Position numbers and translations under genes: made by a program. Of a stretch of DNA of 64,000 nucleotides, positions 51,612-64,000 are shown piece after piece. A model generated the notes under the pieces. That model did no database searches. It was not told the origin of the DNA and saw only the letters and a list, made by a program, of their open reading frames with translations. Every line of letters starts with the position of its first letter. Positions within the stretch are counted from its first letter, which is position 1. Location: positions 79,918,001 through 79,982,000 of the forward strand of contig OX597823.1 in assembly GCA_951406725.2 (NCBI GenBank), written 5' to 3'. Source of the DNA: Octopus vulgaris. Its lineage: Eukaryota.

Positions 51612-52008
51612 TCTATATATATAAAACTGTAGTTGTGTGAGTGTCTGTTCCCTTCGGTTTAGATTCCTAACTACTCCCACATTTTGCGGTGCAGTTTAAC
51701 CAAAACCGGGTATCTTATAGTCGTGATTCATATCGAGCCCTTCTGGGTATTAGCGCGCGTCTACGATGAGTCTACGATTTAAAAAACAATTACCATCAAT
51801 TTTTCCCATTTTTAATGCATTTTTGGCATATATAAGGGAAGTAACTCTCTAAAAATTTATTATTAAATCTCAGAACGTAAAAAGCTACAGTAACACCCCC
51901 ACCTTTGTGGTTAGCCATATTGAGATAGCTATTATACTTTACATCTCTAAAAATGCTTATATAGTTATTTCCCTTACAAACCCGAGCAACGCCGGGCGAT
52001 ACTGCTAG
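51612..52008 (+). mobile_element. Non-autonomous Helitron, copy 2 (same family, opposite orientation)
   Basis: A|TCTATATATATAAAAC ... CCCGAGCAACGCCGGGCGATACTGCTAG|T. Confidence 0.9.
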
Positions 52009-52239
52009 TAAATTCTAAAAAGATTGAATTCTTCCCTTCTTTTTCTCAAACAAGACTAATTTCCAAATAATTTGCGCGCGCACACACACACACACACACA
52101 CACAGAAACATATTCATGTTTTTCGTTTTTCTTTATTCTGCAGCTCTTTGATTTATAAGGTGGGTTCACCTGATTTCTACTGCTTTTTAGTCAATGGTTT
52201 GTTGCACGTATCAAGAAATTCGTTTTTGGGACGCTCCCA

Positions 52240-52393
52240 TGATTCGGTAGGTGACTTAATTTATGGAACCCATAGGCGGGGTTAATACAAAGTTACCCTC
52301 GGCGGGATTTGAACTCAGAAGCGTAAAATGACGGGAAAAAATGCGCTAAAGATTTAGCACGACGTGTTAATGATCCAGGTAGTTTGCTGCCTT
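52240..52393 (-). mobile_element. SINE family A, diverged
   Basis: CCTCGGCGGGATTTGAACTCAGAAGCGTAAA. Confidence 0.65.
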
Positions 52394-52586
52394 TAAACAC
52401 ACACACACACACACACACACGGGCAGACACGCATATATACATACATATATCTATATATATATTCGTACTTACAAACATACATATATATATGTATGCATAT
52501 ATGTATATATATATATGTGTGTATATATATATTTATATATTCCTGCATATACAGGTATATATTCATGTATACACATACATACATAC

Positions 52587-52617
<31 letters not shown>

Positions 52618-52708
52618 CATACATGCATACACACATACATGCATGCATACATAAATACATGCATACATACATACATACATATATACATGCATACATAAAT
52701 ACATACAT

Positions 52709-52990
52709 GGCGCAGGAGTGGCTGTGTGGTAGCTTGCTTACCAACCACATGGTTCCGGATTCAATCTCACTGCGTGACACCTTGGCCAAGTGTCTTCTAC
52801 TATAGCCTTGGGCCGACCAAAGCCTAGTGAGTGGATTTGGTAGGCGGAAACTGAAAGAAGCCTCGTGAAGCCTCGTGGAGCTTCATACTTTCGGGTCGAT
52901 AGCATAAGTACGAGTTAAGCACTGGGGTCGGTATAATTGATTAGCCACCTCTCCCAAAACCTCAGGCCTTGTGCCTATAGTAGAAAGTAT
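52709..52990 (+). mobile_element. Chimeric SINE: family B 5' half, short family C reverse piece, family A 3' half
   Basis: B sequence to GAAACTGAAAGAAGCC, then GCCTCGTGGAGCTT, then CTTTCGGGTCGATAGCATAAGTAC..GCCTTGTGCCTATAGTAGAAAG. Confidence 0.75.
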
Positions 52991-53290
52991 TATGATACAT
53001 CTTCTACAGGTGGAGAAAAGTTTATTGTTAAATCAAAAATTTTTGCTGTATGATACTTTATATAGCTGTATTTTTCTATACAAATATGTGTATGTATGCC
53101 ATTGTTCAGTTTTATTTCAAGATTTCTTGCCAATAGAGAAAGAGCCGGTTTCTAACCTAGATCCAGGGTTCCTTCATTGGAATTTCAACATCAACAACAG
53201 GGTATTTCTGTTTGTATGTATGTATGCATGTATGTGTATGTGCAGATTTGTATGTTTTGCTTTATGTATGTATTCTCATATCTAGACATG

Positions 53291-53334
<44 letters not shown>

Positions 53335-53666
53335 AATGTAAATGATGTATGTATTTATGTATGTATGTATGATAGCGAGCTATTTAAAATATCGCTGGTT
53401 TCTTCATTGCATGACCAGACCCTCCTCTGCTTGCACGGCATGATCTTTCTCAAGGCACATGGCAGGCTCCAGACGTTTGGCAGCCATGTCATAAGTTGTT
53501 TATTTCTTCCTTCTTGATAACTCCGACATCTTTGCGAAACGATTGGTATTTGTAATACATTCCAATTTCTAGTGCTTTTCTTTTCCTTTACAAATACATG
53601 AGTAAACACACACACACACATATCAAAGTAGTTAAACTATTTATCATTTGTGTGTGTGTGTGTGTG

Positions 53667-53910
53667 TGGAGACGCGTGGCTTAAGGGTTAGGTTGTTGGA
53701 CTCTTGATCGCAAGATTGAGGTTTCGTTTCCTAGACTGGGCAATGAATTGTGTTCATGAGCAAAACTCTTCATTTCACGTTGCTCCTGTCCACTCACCTG
53801 CCAAAAATGAGTAACCCTGCGACAGACCAGCGTTCCATCCAGGGTTTGCAGTAGTATATATGCCACAGAATCCTGGAAAACGGGCTTGTGACCCTATGAC
53901 TTGAGAAGGA
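53667..53910 (+). mobile_element. SINE family D, diverged
   Basis: GGAGACGCGTGGCTTAAGGGTTAGG..GAGCAAAACTCTTCATTTCACGTTGCTCC..CCTGCGACAGAC. Confidence 0.8.
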
Positions 53911-53997
53911 CCTTTGATCCGTTTTCCATGAGTACATATACATACATACATACATACATACATAGATACATACATATATATATATATAAATAAACAA

Positions 53998-54065
<68 letters not shown>

Positions 54066-54353
54066 GAGAGTAATGTAAAACATTATAGAGGATATATTAT
54101 AAATTAATTAAGATTATTCATGAATATATGAATGGCCAAACATGTTATCATAAAATATAAAGAAGAAAAACGATTATGATTATGAACAAGTCACAATTAT
54201 AGGGTTTAAAAGACCCATGCATGTTAAAAATAGCAGCCAAAACCGCCATTGCAAAAAGATTCTACAACTTGCAAAAAACTGATCAATTCCTTATTGTAAT
54301 TTCGGCGTTAGCGACCTTTTAAGGGTCCCATTCGCCTCATGCATACACACACA

Positions 54354-54416
<63 letters not shown>

Positions 54417-55047
54417 CATTATCATCATCATCATCATCATCATCATCAGAGAGACAAACCATATACACATAGGCACATACCTAGTATGTTTGCATGTATG
54501 TGTGTTTATACGTGTATGCAGTCAATATATTTATATTATATATCATCGGGGTAAATTACTCAGATAAGGTACTTGCATGAAAATAAATCACATTACGTAA
54601 TGAACACACTGGACACCGAGTAATCAAAGGCAGACCTGGAAAACAACCCTTTAGCGACATCTAATATCTTGAACAAGAGAAATAAAACTCCTATCAATGA
54701 TACTATTTCTAGATTTCAACATTCGGATAGAAAACAGATGCATTACGCCTTACAACACAACTGTTCGAATAAACAAATACTTTACACAATTACACTAATA
54801 CTAAGATAAGTACAACTAAGACCAACATGTTCTGTAAATGAAACAATCCACACGTAAAGTCTATTATATGAATCTAATAAATAACGATTAGAGAATATAT
54901 GAACACATTGTCAAAAAGCCTCATAAAACAGAACAGAAAATCCATTACACCATACCATCGATGGACACTAATAATAGACCATAAAAATATGCATCTCTAT
55001 GTGCATTTAATGATTAATTAAACAACTCATTATAATAAGCATTCTCT

Positions 55048-55260
55048 AAGGCGGTTAGCGGACAGAATTGCTAGCACGTTGAACAAAATGCTAAGCGGTA
55101 TTTCTTAGTTTTTCTGACTTCAAATTCAACGAGGTCAAATTTACCTTTTAGCCATTTCAGGGTCAATAAAATTAGTACCAGTCATGTACAGGGGCTGGTG
55201 TATATGACCTTATCTCTGCTCTCAAAATTGCTGGCCTTGTGATACAGTTAGAAAGAATTA
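55048..55260 (+). mobile_element. SINE family A, old diverged copy
   Basis: Degenerate head, core and short tail. Confidence 0.65.
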
Positions 55261-55319
55261 CGATAAGCATCTTCACCAATAAGCAACCACAAGCATATGA
55301 ACCCACAAACAAACTATAC

Positions 55320-55810
55320 ATAAACAATGTTTTAAAAATTCAATTGTAAAATGAAGGTTGTAAAATTAACGACTCTAACTGTTATGTTGGGCATACAAGT
55401 ACGCAACTTGCCAATTGGTTCAACATATTTAAAACAAGCATCAACTGCAATTCATTCACTCAATATAAGACACCTAGATAAAAAAAAACATTTAGGGGAC
55501 AGTGCTGTCTACATACTACGGAACTGCCCACAGAAATACATGATTAATGTACCAAGTGATACACATGACACATCAGGACACTAAAATAGACACACAGACA
55601 GCTTACGCTTGTCACTAATAAAAGGAATACACCTGGCTAAGTGATACATACAAATCTAGTGGAGAGCAATTCAAATCCTGATTTTTGCATCTACACGAAT
55701 CAAGTTGGTTTTGTCTACTATATTAAGTGCCAGCAACACGAGACAAAATCTCATCATCCTGATGAAGTGACCATGGCAGTCTAGTCAGTTGATAACAGAC
55801 TTAGGGACAA
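55320..55810 (+). pseudogene. Possible second PLE remnant: GIY-YIG fragment plus a decayed hammerhead half at 55759
   Basis: FNCK/NEGCKINDSNCYVGHTSTQLANW resembles the PLE F.C....C.....YIG.T...L..R pattern; CTGATGA-a-GTGAC..GTCA lies downstream. Confidence 0.45.
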
Positions 55811-56516
55811 ACAGCTAAGAGCTTATATGGAAATACAAAATGGCTGACAGTTAATAAGGAGAGGCACACAAATAAGAAAGAACAAAGCAAAGGACCGCTG
55901 ATGCGGTCACAGGAGTGTGAAGAAAGAACTCCGGCCGAATAAGATTAAGATTAATGTAAAAAGTAAATAACGCTGAAGCAGAGTAACACCAAATATATAG
56001 TGCGTGTGTTTTTATTGGCTAAACTGGCCAAATGACCATTCCTTAATACAACTATATCTTGATAAAAAAAAATAAACTAAAATAGTGTGCGTGCGTGCAT
56101 GTGTGTGTCTTTGTTTTATGTGCGGGTCACTGATCAGTTTTTGTGCTTGTTAACTCCTGCATGTGGGTGAGTGACAAAATACTGTTGGCAGAAACAAGTA
56201 CTTGATTGGAAGAAGTACAGGGGAAGATATAATCGATTAAAACCCTTAAATGCGAAACCCCATTATAGCCGCATTGTATGTATGTATGTAACCATGTATG
56301 TATGCATAGTAAATTCAAATAAACAGATAAAAAACGAAAAAAGGAAGAAAACCATTAACGTGAGGACGTGCACAAGAAGTATATTAGCCTGACGCTCGAT
56401 GAAAGGAGAGTTTAACATTTGGAGCCTAGCTCTCCGTCGAAAAGGAGAATGGGAAAAGTCCAAAGAAAGAGAAGAAATTGCCAACGGACCACGTGTAGTT
56501 GTGCGCACGCGCAACT

Positions 56517-56569
<53 letters not shown>

Positions 56570-56572
56570 TAC

Positions 56573-56606
<34 letters not shown>

Positions 56607-56636
56607 GTATGTATGTATGTATATATATATATATAT

Positions 56637-56808
56637 AGGAGCAGGAGTGGCTGTGTGGTAAGTAGCTTGCTTACCAACCACATGCTTCCGGGTTCAGTCG
56701 CACTGCGTGGCACCTTGGGCAAGTGTCTTCTACTATAGCCTCGGACCGACCAAAGCCTTGTGAATGGATTTGGTAGAGGAAAACTGAAAGAAGCCCATCA
56801 TATATATG

Positions 56809-56860
<52 letters not shown>

Positions 56861-57067
56861 TGTGTCTGTGTTTGTCCTCCCCAACATCACTTGACAATCG
56901 ATGCTGGTGTGTTTACGTCCCCGTAACTTAGCGGTTCGGCAAAAGATACCGATAGAATAAATACTGGGCTTACAAAGAATATGTCGTGGGTTCGATTTGC
57001 TCGACTGAAAGGCGGTGCTCCAGCATGGCCGCAGTCAAATGACTGAAGCAAGTTAAAGAGTAAAGAG
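56637..57067 (+). mobile_element. SINE family B, full length
   Basis: Colinear with 35971-36424. Confidence 0.92.
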
Positions 57068-57073
57068 CATATA

Positions 57074-57119
<46 letters not shown>

Positions 57120-57614
57120 CTCACACACACACACATATAAAGATATAAATGGACGCATGCGTATACATACAGTAACAGAACACTTAAATGCTTAGCGCAA
57201 ACATCTTTAAAAAACAGCTGTTGTGTGAAACGCTATCTTTTGTTTCGTTTACTTTTATAAACTCACAAGTCTCGTCTCATTAGAAAAGCCTCTCTTTATA
57301 CGTCTAGGTCCTATAATCTAATTTGATACTATTGTCAGGCTCGTTTCTTGTTCACTGTTTTATATATGCTTACTAAACTGTACAGATATATTCGAAACAT
57401 TTATCAACGTGAGGAAAATTCTTGCCTCTTGTACGCCGAGGAATTAACTTGTGGGTTTCGTTAAGACATTTTTGAGTTGCTTATGTTACACCTCTTGGAA
57501 TCTCTATTCGTCAACCTTATATTCCTGAGTAACAGATTAAAGGCATTCTTTTTTATAACTTGCTAATAAATCTTCCCTTTCACTGTTTTGTTTGTTTACC
57601 ATTCGGATACCTTT

Positions 57615-57827
57615 GTGTTATTGTTGCTGTTGTTGTTGGTGTTGTTGTTGTTGTTGTTGTTGTTGTTGAGGCTGCTGATGATGGTGACGACGAAATTTTA
57701 AGACGATGACGAGATTAATGAGAATGACATAGAATGTTGATGATGATGATGATGATGATGATGAAGGCGGCGACGATGACGTTGATGATTGTGATGATGA
57801 CGTTGGTGATGATGAAGTCGATGATGA

Positions 57828-57859
<32 letters not shown>

Positions 57860-58255
57860 GGCGGCGACGATGATGTTGATTGTGATGATGACGTCGGTGA
57901 TGATGAAGTCGATGATGAATGATGAATGATGATGATGATGATGATGAAGGCGGCGACGATGATGTTGATTGCGATGATGATGTTGGTGATGAATGAAGTT
58001 GATGATGTATGATGGTGATGATGATGAGGATGACGATGACGGTTTTTGGTGTTGGTGTTGGTGATGGTAGTGGTAATGATGGTGATGGTGATCATAAGGG
58101 TTGTCGTGGTAGTGTTGATGATGGTGACGATGATGATGACGATGATGACGATGATGATGAAGAAATGTTGGTGATGGGGATGAGGTTGGTGGTAGTGATG
58201 GAGGAGGAGGAGGAGGAAGACGACGACGACAACAAAAAGGACGACGTGAAGGAGG
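57615..58255. repeat. (GTT)n/(GAT)n tract containing a three-copy higher-order repeat
   Basis: GAAGGCGGCGACGATGA recurs at about 57763, 57857 and 57946. Confidence 0.9.
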
Positions 58256-59244
58256 GAAGCCTTTGTCGACAGCGTTGCCATTTTTGATTGTAGATGATTT
58301 GTTTCTTGTTCATGTATGCTATCAAACAAAAAAAATATAGAAACGTGCTAATAATGCTTCCGTAATCTTTTTTTGTTTGTCTTTTAGTTTTGTTTTGATT
58401 TGATTTCTTCCTTCTTTTTTTTCTTTTTTGTTTGTTTGTTTTTTCTTTTTTTTCTTCTTTTCTGAAATAACAAACCGCAATCTGATATCACATTGACAAG
58501 GAAGTCTTTATAACAACCAGTTAGACAACTTAACGATGTTGGCATCATTTCTGTCGGCAGAGAAAATTCTTGTGATTCGTTAGATTCTTTTACATCTAAC
58601 AGATTTCTTTAATTAGTCATCAGTAGATTAACCTGTAAACATTTAAGTTACTTTTTTTTTTATATTTTATTACAGTTAGTTTTATTTTCATTTAGAAATT
58701 TTCCGTTTGTTTGTCTTATGTTTATTATCACCATTCTATTGAGGTCTTAACGGAACGGTAGGTTATTTTATGAACTGATATAACTAACACACCTATGGTA
58801 GAACGTAAACATTTTGTGAGATTTATATTTATCTAAATAAGCTATTCAATATGTTGTACTTGAATCTTTATTAATAGTTTCCATATCTCTAACATTTTTC
58901 CTATCGTTTTGCCTAAGATATATATGTGTGTGATGTATATATATATATGTATAGATATCTAAATATTGTTATATATGATTATCTATATTTATGTGCGAGA
59001 GTTCTACGTCTATTTGTGGTGTCCTGTACACACGTATATATATTTATATATGCATGTATATATACATGTAGATGTAGGTACGTACATATATGTTTGTATG
59101 TATGCATATATTTTATTTATTACACTATTGTATGACTGAGCGCCCTCGCGTCGATTCGATTCGATTCGTTTCGTTTCGTTTCTTCTTCTTCTCTAAGCTG
59201 GTTTATATATATATATGTATGTGTGTGTGTGTGTGTGTGTGTGG

Positions 59245-59274
<30 letters not shown>

Positions 59275-59275
<1 letters not shown>

Positions 59276-59492
59276 GGCGTAGGAGTGGGTATGTCGTAAA
59301 TAGCTTGCTTACGAACAACGTAGTTCCGGGTTCAGTCCCACTGCGTGGCACCTTGGAAAGTGTCTTCTACTATAGCCTCGGCCCGACCAAAGCCTTGTGA
59401 ATAGATTTGGTAGACGGAAACTGAAAGAAGTCCGTCGTATATATATATGTGTGTGTGTGTGTTTGTGTGTCTGTGTTTGCCCCCTCCCCAAC
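59275..59492 (+). mobile_element. SINE family B, 5' half
   Basis: Head through the internal microsatellite. Confidence 0.88.
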
Positions 59493-59674
59493 ACTGCACT
59501 GTATCCACTGTAACCATCCACGAAAAAATATAACCGCCTAGTTTCCCATTGCTTCATCTATGAAAACGTCTAGTTTTAGAATTGTCATCTAACAAAACTC
59601 ATACCAATCGGAAAATTGAACAATGAAATATTTCGTTGAAGATTTTACAGTGTAAAATATCGCTCTACACTGAA

Positions 59675-59836
<162 letters not shown>

Positions 59837-60009
59837 TTCAAGTTTTGGTTCAAGGCCAGCGGTTTCGGGCAAGGGAACATGTCAATTACATCGACCCAAA
59901 TCTCAACTGGTACTTATTTTATCGACCCCGAAAGAAAGAAAGAAAGACATGGTCGACCTCGTCAGATTTTTGAAGACATTAATAATAATAATTATGATGA
60001 TGATTATAG

Positions 60010-60062
<53 letters not shown>

Positions 60063-60089
60063 GTGATGATGATTGTACAGTATCAGACA

Positions 60090-60935
<846 letters not shown>

Positions 60936-61631
60936 AGATTATTATAAAGTATAATAGCCATCTCAATATGGCTAACCACTAGGGGTGGGTGTTACTGTAT
61001 CATAAAAATGATAACAACAATAGCAACAACAACAAGAACATCAACAAGGAGAAAATTTATAAAAGCAGATTTAACATCAAAATGTCGACCGGTTCGGATG
61101 TTCAGTGACTTGTCACAACAGTTTAAGACAAACTAACAGCCGTATATTTTATAAAGTGTGACCCATAGAGCCATCTCTTTTGCGTTGATGCTGCTGTTGC
61201 TATCATCAGCCTGAGGCATGGCACAGAGTCTAGGTGAACACGGGTCGTTGAAAGTTAAGTGTCCAAGGACTGCGATGAAAACACGTTGAAGACGTGAAAA
61301 GCACCAAAATCGTCAGGATCACAGCTGGCTACCCTGCATCCAACTGGCTCGGTCACACAAGCTCTTTACATTATACTGCTAACACTATTATATAGGTTTT
61401 CAACAAATGGTAAACCATTTGACTGTTACATAAAATCCCTCAGGAGGTTCGAGGAGCCACACAAAGAGTTAATCTCTGATGTAGACATTGAATAATAAAA
61501 ATAACAACAATAAAAACACAGGCAGATATTCAAACTATTTCAACGAACTGACATGAAATGTGTGTTTTTGCAATTACTGTTATTTTCCTGTGTACTTTAC
61601 TACGGAAAATGAAATCGCTTTTGCGTATGTT

Positions 61632-61813
61632 TGTACATGTAAATGCATGCACGTGCTTATGTACGTGCATGCATGAGCGTGTATGTGTGCAAACATATTT
61701 ATATATGTATATACGAGTATATATATATTGTACATGTGAATGCATGCACGTGCTTATGTACGTGCATGTATGAGTGTGTATGTGTGCAAACATATTTATA
61801 TATGTATATACGA

Positions 61814-61825
<12 letters not shown>
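61632..61825. repeat. 97-bp tandem duplication
   Basis: TGTACATGT(A/G)AATGCATGCACGTGCTTATGTACGTGCATG... occurs at 61632 and 61729. Confidence 0.9.
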
Positions 61826-61845
<20 letters not shown>

Positions 61846-61954
61846 ATATATACATATATTTATTTATATGTATATATGTTTATATATAGGTAAATATGTT
61901 TGCATAAATATATATATATATGTATATCTATATGCATATATACATACATACATG

Positions 61955-62008
<54 letters not shown>

Positions 62009-62121
62009 CATATGCATATATGTGTATATATATATATATAGATATGCATAATACACATATGTAAATAAATATATATCTGTATGTGTTTGTATGTATACAC
62101 ACAAACACACACACACACACA

Positions 62122-62188
<67 letters not shown>

Positions 62189-63058
62189 GTATATACATGT
62201 ATTAACGTATAAAAGGGAAGGTTTGATAGTAACCTCGACGAGTTGACTTGCTCGCCTTCACCATGCTGATTCACATGCTTTCCTTTGGGAAGGAGGCCTT
62301 ATATAGTCTCGGGGAATTTTCTTTTTCTTTGGGTACTTGGAGCAATGTGAACCATAATCTGATACGGCGTTGGCAGAGCGGGTAAGTGTGTTCTGTCGGT
62401 AGGATAGGGTAAGATAGGAGGAAAGTAAGAGTGTTTTGTAGAGGGCGGCTTGATTGAAAGCTATGGTTGGGAGATTTATTTTGGCTTGATATAGGAATTT
62501 GTTATCGGTTAGGGTTTAATCAGTCATGGAAGTAAAGATGGAAACACATGTCTTAAATTTAGGTTATGACATTATTTGTATAAAAGGTTATTTTTGTTCT
62601 ACTTTTGTGTTCCTGAAAGAATGTTTGTAGATACAATTGGTACACATTTGGGCCATACTGGGATTGAATTCATGTTGGTGCTATTAGATTTTTATTGAGA
62701 CGTTTTAAACTAGATATTTCAGGGCGGTTGAAAGTGAAGGAGTCCGTCCAATATTTGCATTAATTGTTAATCGTAAATTATTAATGTGTTAATGGCGAAA
62801 CTTCTTGATTTCGTATATAGTTTTAAGATACAGAAAGTTTAGTCAATAACTTCAATCTTTTATGTATATTTGAAATGCACGTATACTCATTTTTAGATTG
62901 CACTACAAATGAGAAAGTCTATAAATTTTAAAGAAGTAGGTTATCTAAGGTATATACTGGCAACAGTAAAACTACACATTGTTTTGCCACAATGCGAAAA
63001 AAGACAAAACACAATTCCGTATCTTTTACTTGCTTGTAACATCATTTTACAAAAACAA

Positions 63059-63563
<505 letters not shown>

Positions 63564-63574
63564 ATATATTTGTT

Positions 63575-63850
63575 GTTTGTTCCTTCTCGAGTGATGCCTG
63601 GCTCATAAGAGCCGGTTTCCCGGTTTCATTGGCGTACAGGTTTTCCACCTGGATGGGACGCCAGACCATCGCAGATTAAAAGAAAGTTGTGGCGAAAGAG
63701 TCAGCCGAAGTTCACTATTAACTTCCACCGGAGCCACGTGAAACATAGGTATTTCTCTAATAAACATACATATCAATGGGACTGAGATTCGACTCCGCGA
63801 GCCCTCGACCACGAGCCCGCTGCTCTAAACACTAGTCCATGTACCTCCAC
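63575..63850 (-). mobile_element. SINE family C, diverged full length
   Basis: Colinear with 28349-28661. Confidence 0.85.
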
Positions 63851-63905
63851 TATATAATATATATATATATATAAATATATGTATGTATGTATATATATAT
63901 ATATA

Positions 63906-63967
<62 letters not shown>

Positions 63968-64000
63968 TATGTATGTATATATATATATATATATATATAT

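Noticed and set aside
62200-62900. Possible further PLE remnants here and at 421-1190, and an RT-like stretch at 11370-11830
   Set aside because: Only a weak motif (YKHSFRN) or composition supports them; a frameshift-aware HMM search is needed.

Overview
AT-rich eukaryotic (animal) DNA dominated by microsatellites and interspersed repeats. The tRNA-derived SINE families and microsatellite spectrum look like an octopod cephalopod (Octopus-like) genome; this is my recognition, not a database result. No intact host gene is visible, so the window is probably intronic or intergenic, and nearly all listed ORFs are microsatellite or SINE artefacts. Contents: about 45 copies or fragments of four tRNA-headed SINE families (called A-D here); decayed Penelope-like (GIY-YIG), R4/Dong-like and CR1-like retroelements; mariner, piggyBac-like, hAT-like and foldback MITEs; and three non-autonomous Helitrons. 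The most notable signal is a set of minimal type I hammerhead-ribozyme motifs tied to Penelope-like termini. One (30338-30426, minus strand) has an intact core and several sit inside foldback inverted repeats. There are also many long inverted repeats that would form dsRNA if transcribed. Coordinates of degenerate elements are approximate and everything was read by eye.
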